From contig CAZVEP010000002.1 in NCBI GenBank assembly GCA_964625635.1, forward strand, positions 79-64,078: a stretch of 64,000 bases of DNA, read 5' to 3'. The stretch is from an uncultured Rhodohalobacter sp. (GTDB lineage: Bacteria; Bacteroidota; Rhodothermia; Balneolales; Balneolaceae). A program made the translations under genes and the position numbers. The notes beneath the pieces are model-generated. The model made no database searches. It was not told where the DNA came from and saw only the letters and a program-made list of their open reading frames with translations. Below, one piece after another: positions 10,320-20,615 of this stretch. Position 1 is the first letter of the stretch; every line of letters starts with the position of its first letter.

Positions 10320-11291
10320 TTAGTGGTCCCGTTTTTTTAAAGTTCTGATAAGTTGGACAAGATCTCGCTTATCTTCTGATTCACCAAATATTTCTAAGGA
10401 TTGTTCAGCCGAATCGTAAAGTTCTTCCATTTTTATCCGTGCACTGTCAATTACATTAAGTTCACGAAAAAGGTCAATTACCAACTCTACATCCTTATCC
10501 TTAAGGGGTTTGCTCTTCAGGCACCCTTTTAACCATTTTTCTTGATCTTTATTGCTACGCTCAAGTGCAAGTATCATCAGATAGGTTTTTTTGCACTCAT
10601 AGATGTCTCCAGCTACACGTTTTCCGAATTTTTCCGGATCAGCTACTACATCAAGCCAGTCATCCTGAATTTGAAACGCCCGGCCGATATTTTTACCGAC
10701 TTTTTTAAGTGCACTAAGCTGCTGATCATTACAATTACCAATTACACCTCCCATCTGTAGTGCAGCTTCAAGAAGTGCACTTGTTTTGCCGCCGATCATC
10801 ATCATATACTCGCTGATCGATACATCATTACGGCTCTCAAATTCCATATCGAGTGCCTGACCTTCGCATATCCTATTGATTCCATCAAGAAACAAACTAT
10901 TAACTTTTCTGTAGTCTGTCGATTCTTCAAGATCATTGAGCAAAATAAGAGAGCGAGTATGCATGCTGTCTCCCGACAAGATTGCCACTGATTCATCCCA
11001 TTTACTGTGAACCGATGGTTCTCCCCTCCGGCTCTCTGCCTGATCCATAATATCATCATGCATTAGAGTAAAGTTGTGAAGCAACTCAACGGCCAGAGCA
11101 GCCGGCATAGCTTTTTCACGCTGACCACTGCACATTCCGCATGCCATCAGTGTTAGAACCGGCCGAATACGTTTACCACCGTTTTGAAGCATATAACGCT
11201 GAGGGTCATATAAAGTCTTAGGGGTTTCCGGAAGGTTAAGAGTGGCAAGAGCACTCTCGATGCTTTTAACGTAGTGAGTAATAAATTTCAA
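10320..11291 (-). CDS. Polyprenyl diphosphate synthase (trans-isoprenyl; chain length undetermined)
   Basis: 323 aa. First and second Asp-rich motifs LMHDDIMD and QIQDDWLD. Confidence 0.9.
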   Translation of the reverse strand: MKFITHYVKSIESALATLNLPETPKTLYDPQRYMLQNGGKRIRPVLTLMACGMCSGQREKAMPAALAVELLHNFTLMHDDIMDQAESRRGEPSVHSKWDESVAILSGDSMHTRSLILLNDLEESTDYRKVNSLFLDGINRICEGQALDMEFESRNDVSISEYMMMIGGKTSALLEAALQMGGVIGNCNDQQLSALKKVGKNIGRAFQIQDDWLDVVADPEKFGKRVAGDIYECKKTYLMILALERSNKDQEKWLKGCLKSKPLKDKDVELVIDLFRELNVIDSARIKMEELYDSAEQSLEIFGESEDKRDLVQLIRTLKKRDH

Positions 11292-11391
11292 CGCGTTGCC
11301 AACTGAATTTTTAATGGATTAGATATTATTTTCGAGTGTCCTCAGACCTGTTTTGCTCAGGCTAATATACAAAATATAACTGCTGATCAGT

Positions 11392-12411
11392 TTACTTTAT
11401 CATAAGATCTTTAGGATTACACTCCTGAAGTGATCGTTTCCCCAGAAGGGTCAATATGATTGCTGTTTGTTCTTTCCAGAGACTAATAAGCGACTTTAAT
11501 TCTTCCTCACCGCCATTCATCAGTGACTGTATGACCGGCCTTGCAGAAGCGGTAAAATCTGCTCCTAAACAAATCGATTTCACGATGTCAGCGGCTCCAC
11601 GGATACCTCCTGATGCAATCATCTCAAATCGAAATTCTTCCTGCAGTGCGGCAACTTCCTGAATGCATTTAACCGTAGGAATTCCCCATTCATTGAACAT
11701 TTCAGTGGATCCAACACTGTTCTTTCGCTTATTCTCCACTTTTGACCAGCTGGTGCCACCTGCGCCAGCCACATCAATGACTGAAACACCAATCGCCAGT
11801 AGTCGGCGTGCCACATCACCGGATATACCAGCACCGGTCTCTTTCACAATTACAGGCACCGATGACTCAACAACGAGCTTGGCAATACCGTCCTCAATGC
11901 CGGAGAAATCACGATCACCCTCGGGTTGTACCAGTTCCTGGAGAGGGTTTAAATGGACAATAATTGCATCAGCTTTTATAGAATCAATCAAAGCCGAAAG
12001 CTCTTTATCAGTAAGTCCACCCGATACCTGTGCTCCACCTATATTTGCAGCAATAAAGGCCGTAGGTGCTTCATGTCTAACCACAGAAAAACTTTCAAGT
12101 TCGTCAGGGCTATCTAATAGCGCACGCTGACTCCCAACTCCAAAAGGCAAATTCTCAGTTTCACAGACCCTGGCAATTTGTGCATTTATGTGTCCTGCTT
12201 CAGAATATCCTCCTGTCATTGAAGAAATCATAAGCGGAAATGCAAATGTTCGTCCCAGCAGATCCGCTTTAACTGATACATCATATAAATCAACCTCAGG
12301 GAGTGCATCATGCCGAAAATAAAAACCGTCAAACCCAGTGGGGGTTTCATAACCAACATCCTCATTTACACAAAGGTCGACATGATCTTTTTTCCGTTTT
12401 TGAATAGACAT
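11392..12411 (-). CDS. fni: Type 2 (FMN-dependent) isopentenyl-diphosphate delta-isomerase
   Basis: KRKKDHVDLC N-terminus, MISSMTGG, VKETGAGIS, ASGGIR. I prefer Met13 (ATG at 12411) over the track start at 12447. Confidence 0.88.
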   Translation of the reverse strand: MSIQKRKKDHVDLCVNEDVGYETPTGFDGFYFRHDALPEVDLYDVSVKADLLGRTFAFPLMISSMTGGYSEAGHINAQIARVCETENLPFGVGSQRALLDSPDELESFSVVRHEAPTAFIAANIGGAQVSGGLTDKELSALIDSIKADAIIVHLNPLQELVQPEGDRDFSGIEDGIAKLVVESSVPVIVKETGAGISGDVARRLLAIGVSVIDVAGAGGTSWSKVENKRKNSVGSTEMFNEWGIPTVKCIQEVAALQEEFRFEMIASGGIRGAADIVKSICLGADFTASARPVIQSLMNGGEEELKSLISLWKEQTAIILTLLGKRSLQECNPKDLMIK

Positions 12412-12443
12412 GGATGTGAGTTTAAGATAGTTTTGGTACGGTA

Positions 12444-13436
12444 TCAAGCATTGGTTAACACGCTGCTTATTGCAGCGGCATAAAAAATATCGTCTTCAGA
12501 GCAGCCCCGTGAGAGATCCATGTACGGTTTTGCCAAGCCTTGTAAAATAGGGCCGATTGCTGTAGCTCCGCCCACACGCTCTGTAATTTTATAAGCTATA
12601 TTTCCTGCATCCAAATTTGGGAAAATAAAAACGTTTGCATTTCCTGCAACTGCTGAGTCTGGTGCTTTTCTGTGACCTATCTCAGGAACAAAAGCAGAAT
12701 CAAACTGAAGCTCGCCATCCATTTGCCAATCTTTATTCCTTTGCCGGGCAATGTCCAGGGCATTCCTTACTAAATCAACCCTCTCATGATTAGCACTTCC
12801 TTTCGTAGAAAAAGATAAAAAAGCTATTCTTGGATCTTCACCAGTAAGTGTTTTATGGGTCGTGCCAGAAGCAATGGCAATGTCGGCCAGCTGTTCTGCG
12901 TCGGGATATGGAACGACCCCACAATCGGCATATGTAACGACAGATTCATTTGTCAGCTCCATTAAAAATGTGCTGGATATCAGTTTAGTATTTTCTGCAG
13001 TTCCAATAGTGCGGAGTGATGCCCTGATCACATCAGCTGTTGAAGCAATTGAGCCAGCCACTGCCCCGTCTGCTTTTCCAATCGCCACACACCAGCCCGC
13101 TGTCATGAGTGGATCCTTCGCCAAATTTAAAATCTGGTCCTGGGTAGGGTTTTTGTGACTGAGCTTCTTTTCAAAAAAACTGATCCGTTCTTTTTGCTCT
13201 TTTTCAGTTTCTACCCTAACGATATCCATAGAATCCGGCAGATCAATCCCTTCTGATTCTGCAAGCTTTTCTACGTTATCATCGAGACTAATTAGAACCG
13301 GCTGAACTGCTTTCACTTTATGAAGACTCATCACTGCGTTTAACACGCGTGGATCTCTTCCGGCCTCCGGGAATACAATTTTTCGGTTTAGGTCAATACT
13401 GCGTTTCAGAATATCTTCGAGAATGGATGTTTTCAT
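12444..13436 (-). CDS. pta: Phosphate acetyltransferase (PTA_PTB family; butyryltransferase not excluded)
   Basis: GSIASTADVIR, FLSFSTKGSA, NVFIFPNLDAGNIAYK. Preferred start is Met17 (ATG at 13436), which forms a TAATG stop/start junction with the upstream gene. The track start is 13484. Confidence 0.8.
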   Translation of the reverse strand: MKTSILEDILKRSIDLNRKIVFPEAGRDPRVLNAVMSLHKVKAVQPVLISLDDNVEKLAESEGIDLPDSMDIVRVETEKEQKERISFFEKKLSHKNPTQDQILNLAKDPLMTAGWCVAIGKADGAVAGSIASTADVIRASLRTIGTAENTKLISSTFLMELTNESVVTYADCGVVPYPDAEQLADIAIASGTTHKTLTGEDPRIAFLSFSTKGSANHERVDLVRNALDIARQRNKDWQMDGELQFDSAFVPEIGHRKAPDSAVAGNANVFIFPNLDAGNIAYKITERVGGATAIGPILQGLAKPYMDLSRGCSEDDIFYAAAISSVLTNA

Positions 13437-14296
13437 TACATCAGTAGTAAGATTGAAAGTAAAGTTGCGACAATTCCGGCCCACTGAGCGGGAGTAACAA
13501 TATCGCCCCAGCGTATTAAGCCTAACACAGTGGCCCCTAATACAGTTAAGATATTTACGACACTGTAAACAACAGCACCGTTAAGTATTTCAAGAGCTTT
13601 TATAAGGAAAATTGCGGAGTATAAGTTTGGTATACCCACAAGAATTCCCATTCCGACCTCCTGAACTGAAAATTTAAGATCTCTTTTAATAATCACAGCT
13701 ACAAAACCGACGACAGTTGCACTGAGAAACACTGTACCCATAAATTGCTCTTTTGTAAGATAAGAGCTGAAGTCTGCTTCAAAAATTTTAAGTGACCCAT
13801 CTCCGAGTCCGGTACCAAGAAACAATAAAATGAGCAGCCATGCCGCACTTTTTGGTTCTCGCAGCATACGTCTCTTATTCGGCAGTAACAGGAAAAGAGC
13901 AATAATGACTGTAAAAAAACCGACCCACTGACTCACACTCATCATTTCCATATACCAAATCGTAGATAGCAAAACTGGAATCATTAAGGACATTCGCATG
14001 GCTGAGACGCTGATTCCAACTCCGTTCTTACTAACCGACTTGCTATAAATGAAGAAATTGGCAATAAATATAAACCCGACAATAACGGCAAATACAATTG
14101 CCGGTAAAGCTGCTTCAAAATTAAAATCAAATTCAGCAGCGCCCACAGGAGAAAAAAAAGCAACTGCTGAAGCTATGACATAGTTGACTGTCAGAACTTT
14201 TACCGTACTCAACTTTTTAAACTCTGTGACTTTTAAAAAATGAGCAATGAGTACTGAACAAGCAGAACTAAGTACAATGAATATCCATCCTGTCAT
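13436..14296 (-). CDS. DMT/EamA-like integral membrane protein (about 10 TM)
   Basis: 286 aa and almost entirely hydrophobic, with two similar halves as in the drug/metabolite transporter fold. No catalytic motifs. Confidence 0.55.
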   Translation of the reverse strand: MTGWIFIVLSSACSVLIAHFLKVTEFKKLSTVKVLTVNYVIASAVAFFSPVGAAEFDFNFEAALPAIVFAVIVGFIFIANFFIYSKSVSKNGVGISVSAMRMSLMIPVLLSTIWYMEMMSVSQWVGFFTVIIALFLLLPNKRRMLREPKSAAWLLILLFLGTGLGDGSLKIFEADFSSYLTKEQFMGTVFLSATVVGFVAVIIKRDLKFSVQEVGMGILVGIPNLYSAIFLIKALEILNGAVVYSVVNILTVLGATVLGLIRWGDIVTPAQWAGIVATLLSILLLM

Positions 14297-16062
14297 TACT
14301 TAGCTATATCGAGCATTAATTTACCAAACCCCTGAACTTCCTGAGGTTTGTCATGGAGTCGACGTGATGTATAGTCTACATTATTTTCCAGGTGTCTTAA
14401 CAATTCTGACATCTGTGTTTTTCGCTCCTGGATTGCTTCTGCCCAGTAATACGGAAAGATATGATGACGTTTATCATCTTCAGGTGATCCGCTATATTCA
14501 GATGAACTTTGACCGATTCTGTTTCCGAATAAAACATATGCATTTGCGAAATCTCTAAGGAGCCGATTTGCCAGTCTTTGCTGCTTTCCGCCATTTGAAT
14601 TCATAAACGATATTATCTGACCGTTTTCAACCTCTTCTACATACTCCAGATCAACATATACGAACATTTTTTCAGCATTGCATTCAGCAAGCTGATCAAA
14701 CAAATTCATGAGTGGCAAACTGTCAACAGTTCCACTTTCATCAACGTGGAAAAGTTCCAGGATTTCAGATCCGGAATCTGAAGAGTAAGATCTTGCATAA
14801 CCGGTCAGATAAATATGAAATGACCCGCCGTTCATCTCTTCACACTGCTTCAATTCTTTAGTCCAGCTTAATAAATCAGCACTTTCAAGAGTTCTGATCT
14901 GGCTGCTGCCCATACTCAATGCCGACATCATGTAATGCATAAAAAGCTGCTCGTCCCGATCGCTAAATTGATTTGATCCAGCCTGATTACCATCATTACC
15001 GCTCAGTATAATCGCCCTGTCCGCAGGGTTTCTGGGTTTAAGTACAGGCACAGATGATTCCACGTCAATTTCTCCAAATGGAATATCAGCAACTTCAAAT
15101 AGTATAGCTGGACCATCTTCAGCTGTTGAACGCCACTCAACGCGTCCATCTTCTCGTTGTATAAATGCATTCAGGTCGTTGAAAAGAACTTCATTCCAAA
15201 CATCAGAAACCTCATTAACAAGTTTAAGGGCACTGCCTTCGCCAATTTCTTCTATTATGTTATCTCTAGATATTACTGCTGTATTTCGTATTTCGGCTAT
15301 CTGTTCCTGAATGACAAAATATGGTTCGAGAAAATCAGTGACCGGAAAACTGTATGTGTTTACAGAATCATTAAAACTGACACGAACCTCAATGTTGGAT
15401 GTACTGTCTAGCTGGTGCGAAATTTCAGAGGTAAGGGCTCCAAGATTGATTTCAATAAATCCGCTTTCGGTCGAGATGGTCTGTTCGTTCAACAGAACAT
15501 TTTCTCCATTATACACTGCTATGGAAGCGGGTTCGCTACTGAAACTGTCGATTTGTAGTGTATCAGTCTGTACATCAAAACCAGTTTGTCTTAAATAACG
15601 AATCTCATCTGTTAATATAGGCTCTCCCTTTTCTTCCAGATTGGTGGCTGCAAGAACAGTTAGTATTGCTCCGGTCGCATTCAAAGCTATTCGCTGGCTC
15701 GTGTTTGCAGAAGGAAGCAAATAATCAGAATTCGCCGCTATTACAGAAATTGCTGCACCCGTAAGTGTGAGCAGCGCGAAACCCCATTTTGGTTTATACT
15801 CTTGTACGGTTCGCTGCACCTGCACTCGTTCAGCAAATTCGCGCTGAACAATATTATAAGATACCAGCCTTAAAACCGGAGACTCGAGAGTTGGCTTTTT
15901 TTCCGGTACTAACTGAATTGAATTTTGAACAATCTCCGGTTCTTCATTGCTGTCTACAGCATGTTCATCTACAACAGTCCATTTACTGGTAGTACATCCT
16001 GCAAATGCTAAGAGTAATATGCCCAAAAATAACTGACGGACAGAAACCATTGACTTCTTCAT
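14296..16062 (-). CDS. Lipoprotein of unknown function with C-terminal caspase-like (C14-fold) domain lacking the His/Cys dyad
   Basis: 588 aa. Lipobox LLLAFAGC. SH3-like stretch GSALKLVNEVSDVWNEVLFNDLNAFIQREDG. The C-terminal region follows the caspase strand pattern (RAIILSGNDG .. SFHIYLTGYA .. KMFVYVDLEY .. HHIFPYYWAEAI), but with Tyr and Glu where His and Cys are expected. Confidence 0.5.
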   Translation of the reverse strand: MKKSMVSVRQLFLGILLLAFAGCTTSKWTVVDEHAVDSNEEPEIVQNSIQLVPEKKPTLESPVLRLVSYNIVQREFAERVQVQRTVQEYKPKWGFALLTLTGAAISVIAANSDYLLPSANTSQRIALNATGAILTVLAATNLEEKGEPILTDEIRYLRQTGFDVQTDTLQIDSFSSEPASIAVYNGENVLLNEQTISTESGFIEINLGALTSEISHQLDSTSNIEVRVSFNDSVNTYSFPVTDFLEPYFVIQEQIAEIRNTAVISRDNIIEEIGEGSALKLVNEVSDVWNEVLFNDLNAFIQREDGRVEWRSTAEDGPAILFEVADIPFGEIDVESSVPVLKPRNPADRAIILSGNDGNQAGSNQFSDRDEQLFMHYMMSALSMGSSQIRTLESADLLSWTKELKQCEEMNGGSFHIYLTGYARSYSSDSGSEILELFHVDESGTVDSLPLMNLFDQLAECNAEKMFVYVDLEYVEEVENGQIISFMNSNGGKQQRLANRLLRDFANAYVLFGNRIGQSSSEYSGSPEDDKRHHIFPYYWAEAIQERKTQMSELLRHLENNVDYTSRRLHDKPQEVQGFGKLMLDIAK

Positions 16063-17312
16063 TAGAATGATAAGACGGCACCAAAACCGATTAAACTTCT
16101 GAATTTAAACGAATCTCCGGAGTCTGGGTCTGAAAGCCAAAACGGGATATCGTATCTAAGTACAAATCCACGTGGTTTCCCCAGGTAATCAGGAATATTC
16201 AATGAGAGAGCGAAGCCTGCACCACCATCAGCAATCCATGAGTTTGTTGAATTGCTTGATCCAGGTACAGTTCCAGCATCAAAGAAAAGATATGAACGTA
16301 ATGCAATGAAGTCTGCAACGTAAGGAATGCGGCTAAATAATGTCTTTATTGGATTCGGATAATCAAATTCAGTATTAACTGCTGCAATTGAACTATACAG
16401 TTTGGGTTGCAGATTTAATAATTCCTGCTGTGTGCAATCGGAACATGAATCATCAGCAAACGATGCGATATCCTGGCTTGTGTATCCTCTAAGATTAGCA
16501 CCGCCTGCCACATGAAAATTCCCGCCTTCAATCCAGGGCTGTGGAATGGTGCCTTTAGCGCGTGTAACTCCGTTTGACAACGTTTCGATGGCCTGGCCAG
16601 TACTTCTGGCAAAGAGATATTCAGGAGCTGTTTGATCTGTAGATGTGCCTGCAAATCCTCTAAATTTAAGTCCCCAGTTCTCGTTGAAAGGAATACGTTG
16701 AACTGCTGTCAGTGAACCAAAGGCATAATTTTGATTTAAATACTGAACGGAACCATTAACAGACAGCGTGTAAAATCCCAATCCATTCTCGTCTTGTAAA
16801 TTTGCTGTTAACGAACTCAGGAACTTATCTTCATCAGTCCATAACAAAGGGAATGCAGTGTATTCATCGTCAAACCTTTTCTCATAGGTATTCAAAAAGC
16901 TTAGCTCCCGGTATCGACGCTCATCAAATCCCCGCTGCCATCGTTTGTTAAAGCTTAACCCCTGTTGTGTATAACCGGTTCTGATAGATGAGATTAACTG
17001 AATGTTTGCTTCACTTCCAAAATCTGACCACCTGGGAATGGGTTCGGTAAAGTTTAAGTAATAAGAAACAGGTAAATCAGGAAACCATGTTCCGAGCCAA
17101 ACACCAGCATTCAGCCGATGCGGACCATCTTCGAAGGTACCGGGAACTTGTCCTTTCAGACGGATGCCCAGTCGAATGCCGTCCACGTCATTATACCACA
17201 CATCAGGGGCTGGTATAAATTCATAAGATTTAGAAGATTGAGCAGACGCTAAAGTAGTCAGGCTCAAAATTATGGCAACACAAACTATGATGATGGAATA
17301 GGTACGAGCCAA
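16062..17312 (-). CDS. Omp85-superfamily outer-membrane beta-barrel without recognisable POTRA domains
   Basis: Ends in aromatic GFGAVLSF and carries a surface-antigen-type motif GGANLRGYTS. A TTG at 17312 gives a clean signal peptide [27 protein letters not shown]. The track ORF extends to 17417 and would overlap the NUDIX gene by 133 nt. Confidence 0.6.
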   Translation of the reverse strand: MARTYSIIIVCVAIILSLTTLASAQSSKSYEFIPAPDVWYNDVDGIRLGIRLKGQVPGTFEDGPHRLNAGVWLGTWFPDLPVSYYLNFTEPIPRWSDFGSEANIQLISSIRTGYTQQGLSFNKRWQRGFDERRYRELSFLNTYEKRFDDEYTAFPLLWTDEDKFLSSLTANLQDENGLGFYTLSVNGSVQYLNQNYAFGSLTAVQRIPFNENWGLKFRGFAGTSTDQTAPEYLFARSTGQAIETLSNGVTRAKGTIPQPWIEGGNFHVAGGANLRGYTSQDIASFADDSCSDCTQQELLNLQPKLYSSIAAVNTEFDYPNPIKTLFSRIPYVADFIALRSYLFFDAGTVPGSSNSTNSWIADGGAGFALSLNIPDYLGKPRGFVLRYDIPFWLSDPDSGDSFKFRSLIGFGAVLSF

Positions 17313-17749
17313 TCGTCCAGTATTTTGTTTGATGTGATAAGTCTGTTTGTAAGCTGAATCAAGCGAATTTGTTCCGGCCATTGAATATAAGCTGAAGCTT
17401 CCTTGGATGGTATCCAAATAAAGTCTGAGTGCTCGGCATCAAGTTTTATGGAGTCCTCTGCATTCAGTTCAGCAGCAAATGCAGGAATATTCAAGATTTT
17501 ATCTGTCGAATATTCATAAAACTGATTTATGCTTGGAATAGTCCAGAAGGTTATCGGTTTCAGGTTCGTTTCTTCTTTCAGCTCTCTGAGTGCGGCCTGC
17601 CAATACGTTTCCTGTTTTTGAACTTTACCGCCTACCATTCGCCACTGATCTTCGTACAACTTTCCTTTTGCCCGTTTGAAAAGCAAAAATGAAACCTTCC
17701 CGTTTATGATCCTGTACGGATAAAGATCAATGAGTTTCTTCTCATCCAT
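17285..17749 (-). CDS. NUDIX hydrolase
   Basis: 154 aa. Nudix box [24 protein letters not shown]. Confidence 0.85.
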   Translation of the reverse strand: MDEKKLIDLYPYRIINGKVSFLLFKRAKGKLYEDQWRMVGGKVQKQETYWQAALRELKEETNLKPITFWTIPSINQFYEYSTDKILNIPAFAAELNAEDSIKLDAEHSDFIWIPSKEASAYIQWPEQIRLIQLTNRLITSNKILDDWLVPIPSS

Positions 17750-18701
17750 CAGTACGCTTAACTTCTTTTTTAAAGTACTCGAGTGTTTTTTGCAGTCCTT
17801 CTTTACGATTTACCCTCGGTTCCCAGTCAAGTATACGTTTTGCTTTTGATATGTCAGGCTGGCGAACTTTTGGATCATCTTCCGGCAATTCTTCGTGAAT
17901 AATTTCACTTTTGCTACCGGTCAGTTCAATAATTTCTTTGGCAAATTCAAGAATGGTAACTTCCTGAGGGTTACCAATGTTAACAGGCTCTGTTTCATCA
18001 GACTGGGAAAGACGGTAGATGCCATCAACCAAATCATCCACATACGTAAATGACCGGGTCTGCGACCCATCCCCGAAAACAGTTATCGGATTTCCTTTTA
18101 AAGCCTGGCGCATAAACGTTGGCAAAGCGCGGCCATCCCGGAGTCTCATGCGGGTGCCGTAAGTGTTAAATATTCTTACAATCCGCGTTTCAAGATCGTG
18201 ATATCTGTGGTAACCCATCGTCATCGCCTCAGCAAAACGCTTTGCCTCATCATATACACCACGTAAACCAATCGGATTTACATTCCCCCAATACTCTTCA
18301 TTCTGTGGATGGATCTGTGGATCTCCGTATACTTCACTGGTAGATGCAAGAAGGAATCGTGCATTTTTCTCCTTTGCCAGGCCAAGTGCCTTATGCGTTC
18401 CGAGCGATCCAACTTTTAGTGTTTGAATTGGCATCTCCAGATAATCAATTGGCGATGCAGGAGACGCAAAATGAAGAACAAGGTCCAGCTTGCCGGGAAC
18501 GTAAATATAGTTAGTTACGTCGTGCTTGATGAATTCAAAATCTTCATTACCCATTAAATGAGCAATATTTTCCAGAGATCCTGTGATGAGATTATCCATA
18601 CAAACCACACGAAATCCTTCTTTCAGGTAACGGTCACAAAGATGAGATCCCAGAAATCCACACCCGCCTGTTATCAACACTTTCTTTTTCGAATTTGTCA
18701 T
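17742..18701 (-). CDS. uxs: UDP-glucuronate decarboxylase (UDP-xylose synthase), SDR family
   Basis: 319 aa. [10 protein letters not shown] Rossmann motif, STSEVYG, YDEAKR (YxxxK). Confidence 0.88.
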   Translation of the reverse strand: MTNSKKKVLITGGCGFLGSHLCDRYLKEGFRVVCMDNLITGSLENIAHLMGNEDFEFIKHDVTNYIYVPGKLDLVLHFASPASPIDYLEMPIQTLKVGSLGTHKALGLAKEKNARFLLASTSEVYGDPQIHPQNEEYWGNVNPIGLRGVYDEAKRFAEAMTMGYHRYHDLETRIVRIFNTYGTRMRLRDGRALPTFMRQALKGNPITVFGDGSQTRSFTYVDDLVDGIYRLSQSDETEPVNIGNPQEVTILEFAKEIIELTGSKSEIIHEELPEDDPKVRQPDISKAKRILDWEPRVNRKEGLQKTLEYFKKEVKRTDG

Positions 18702-18736
18702 AGAGATTGAATTAGGGTAATTGCACTCTTTCGGGT

Positions 18737-20071
18737 TTATGCGCCAATTGTTCTTCGACCCACGCTGAAATAAGTCAGACCGGCTTCCTCAGCTCTTTCG
18801 AGACTGTAAAGATTTCGACCATCAAATATCACGGGGGCCTTCATCTGATTTTTAAAGTTTTCAAAATCAGGACGACGAAACTCATTCCATTCAGTGCAGA
18901 TGATAAGGGCGTCGATTCCGTCGAGAACACTATCCCGATCTTTCTTAAAATCAATCATTTTCAAAGTATCCTCTGATGATGCAACTTTAAACGTTTCAAT
19001 TGCTTCAGGGTCATATGCTTTCATTTTCACACCTTCTTTGGCCAAAGCCTCTGTAATGTATAATGATGGTGCTTCGCGTATATCATCAGTTTCAGGTTTG
19101 AAACTAAGTCCCCAGATACCAATCGTTTTTCCCTTCAGAGAATCTCCGTAATAAGACTTAACCTTATCGACGATAGAAAGTTTTTGCCTTCCATTGACCT
19201 TCATAACAGAGTCAAGAATCTTGAAATCGTAGTCGTTCCTGGCAGCGGTGTAATGAATGGCCTGGACATCTTTCGGGAAGCAGCTTCCCCCGTAGCCTAT
19301 TCCGGCAAATAAAAATCTTTTACCTATTCGTGAATCAGTTCCGATTCCACGCCGAACGTTGTCAACATCGGCTCCTACTTTTTCACAAATGTTGGCAATC
19401 TCATTCATAAACGTAATTTTCGTTGCCAGCATCGCATTTGCAGCATATTTGGTGAGCTCTGAACTTCTCTCATCCATGATGATGATAGGATTGCCACTTC
19501 TCACAAACGGCTCGTAAAGGCGGGTCATGAGATCCGCTGCACGCTTACTTCCTGCTCCCACAACTACCCTCTCCGGTTTCATAAAATCTTCAACGGCTGC
19601 ACCTTCCCTCAGAAATTCAGGATTTGATACAACATCAAATTCCGCATCTGTTTTAGATGAGATTTTCTCACTCACCTTATCAGCTGTACCCACTGGAACG
19701 GTGCTTTTGTTAACTACCACACGGTAGTCCGGATATTTATTAAACAGGTCTCCCAGCTTATCTGCTACGTCCAGTACAAAGCTTAAATCAGCTTGTCCGT
19801 CTGCTCCCGGAGGAGTTGGCAAACAAAGAAACACAGCCTCGGCTGTTTTAAATGCTTCTTCAAGATCGGTCGTAAAACTCAGTCGCTTCTCACGTATAGC
19901 CCGGTCAAACACTCTGTTTAGTCCCGGTTCGTAAATGGGCACTACGCCATTGCGCATTTGCTCAACTTTCTCAGCATCAATGTCTACACATATAACATCA
20001 TTTCCACTGTCGGCAAAGCAAGTTCCGCTTACAAGTCCAACATATCCTGTTCCGATTACTGCAATTTTCAT
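18737..20071 (-). CDS. ugd: UDP-glucose 6-dehydrogenase
   Basis: 444 aa. [11 protein letters not shown] motif and catalytic-Cys context GGSCFPKD. Confidence 0.92.
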   Translation of the reverse strand: MKIAVIGTGYVGLVSGTCFADSGNDVICVDIDAEKVEQMRNGVVPIYEPGLNRVFDRAIREKRLSFTTDLEEAFKTAEAVFLCLPTPPGADGQADLSFVLDVADKLGDLFNKYPDYRVVVNKSTVPVGTADKVSEKISSKTDAEFDVVSNPEFLREGAAVEDFMKPERVVVGAGSKRAADLMTRLYEPFVRSGNPIIIMDERSSELTKYAANAMLATKITFMNEIANICEKVGADVDNVRRGIGTDSRIGKRFLFAGIGYGGSCFPKDVQAIHYTAARNDYDFKILDSVMKVNGRQKLSIVDKVKSYYGDSLKGKTIGIWGLSFKPETDDIREAPSLYITEALAKEGVKMKAYDPEAIETFKVASSEDTLKMIDFKKDRDSVLDGIDALIICTEWNEFRRPDFENFKNQMKAPVIFDGRNLYSLERAEEAGLTYFSVGRRTIGA

Positions 20072-20547
20072 GATCCTAGTCGCTCAATTTTTAAAATTTC
20101 TAGTTTTAGCTGACCGGCGGGCACGTCAACTTCCACAACATCTCCTACTTCTTTGCCCAGAATTCCCTGGCCAATTGGAGAATCCACTGAAATTTTTCGC
20201 TCTTTAAAATCAGCTTCATCTTTGGAGACGAGAGTATATTTCATCTCTTTATCGGTCTTATGGTTCAAAATCGTAACCGTTGACAGCAGGTAGGCTTTTG
20301 TATCATCAATATTTCTTTCATCTATAATGCTTGATGTTGCGAGCGTATTTTCAAGCTCCGCAATTCTTGTCTCAAGATGGCCCTGAGCTTCTTTTGCAGC
20401 ATCATATTCAGCATTTTCACTGAGGTCGCCTTTGGCTCTTGCCTCTGCAATCTCGTTGGCAATTTCTTTTCTGCCACGAGTTTTCAAGTCTCTCAGCTCC
20501 TTGTCAAGCTTTTCATAGCCTTCCTTAGATAGATAGTTCTTTTTCAT
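20068..20547 (-). CDS. greA: Transcription elongation factor GreA
   Basis: 159 aa. N-terminal coiled coil with AEARAKGDLSENAEYDAAKEAQ, and a C-terminal FKBP-like domain. ATGA overlap with ugd. Confidence 0.92.
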   Translation of the reverse strand: MKKNYLSKEGYEKLDKELRDLKTRGRKEIANEIAEARAKGDLSENAEYDAAKEAQGHLETRIAELENTLATSSIIDERNIDDTKAYLLSTVTILNHKTDKEMKYTLVSKDEADFKERKISVDSPIGQGILGKEVGDVVEVDVPAGQLKLEILKIERLGS

Positions 20548-20580
20548 ACGTCTGTTGATTCTTTAATCTGGTCTTTACTT

Positions 20581-20615
20581 TTTAAAAACAAAAAAGCAGT
20601 TTCACTAACTGCTTT
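20581..20615 (-). promoter_or_regulatory. Intrinsic-terminator-like hairpin inside the greA leader (candidate attenuator)
   Basis: On the minus strand, AAAGCAGTT-agtga-AACTGCTTT (9-bp stem, 20615-20593) is followed directly by TTTGTTTTTAAA (20592-20581). It ends 34 nt upstream of the greA ATG. Confidence 0.5.

Noticed and set aside
12412-13484. Longer track starts for fni (12447) and pta (13484), and similar long starts for TauE (41184) and the PagL-like gene (39604)
   Set aside because: The extensions overlap upstream genes and add non-homologous residues. Internal Met codons give family-typical N-termini or signal peptides and tidy stop/start junctions.
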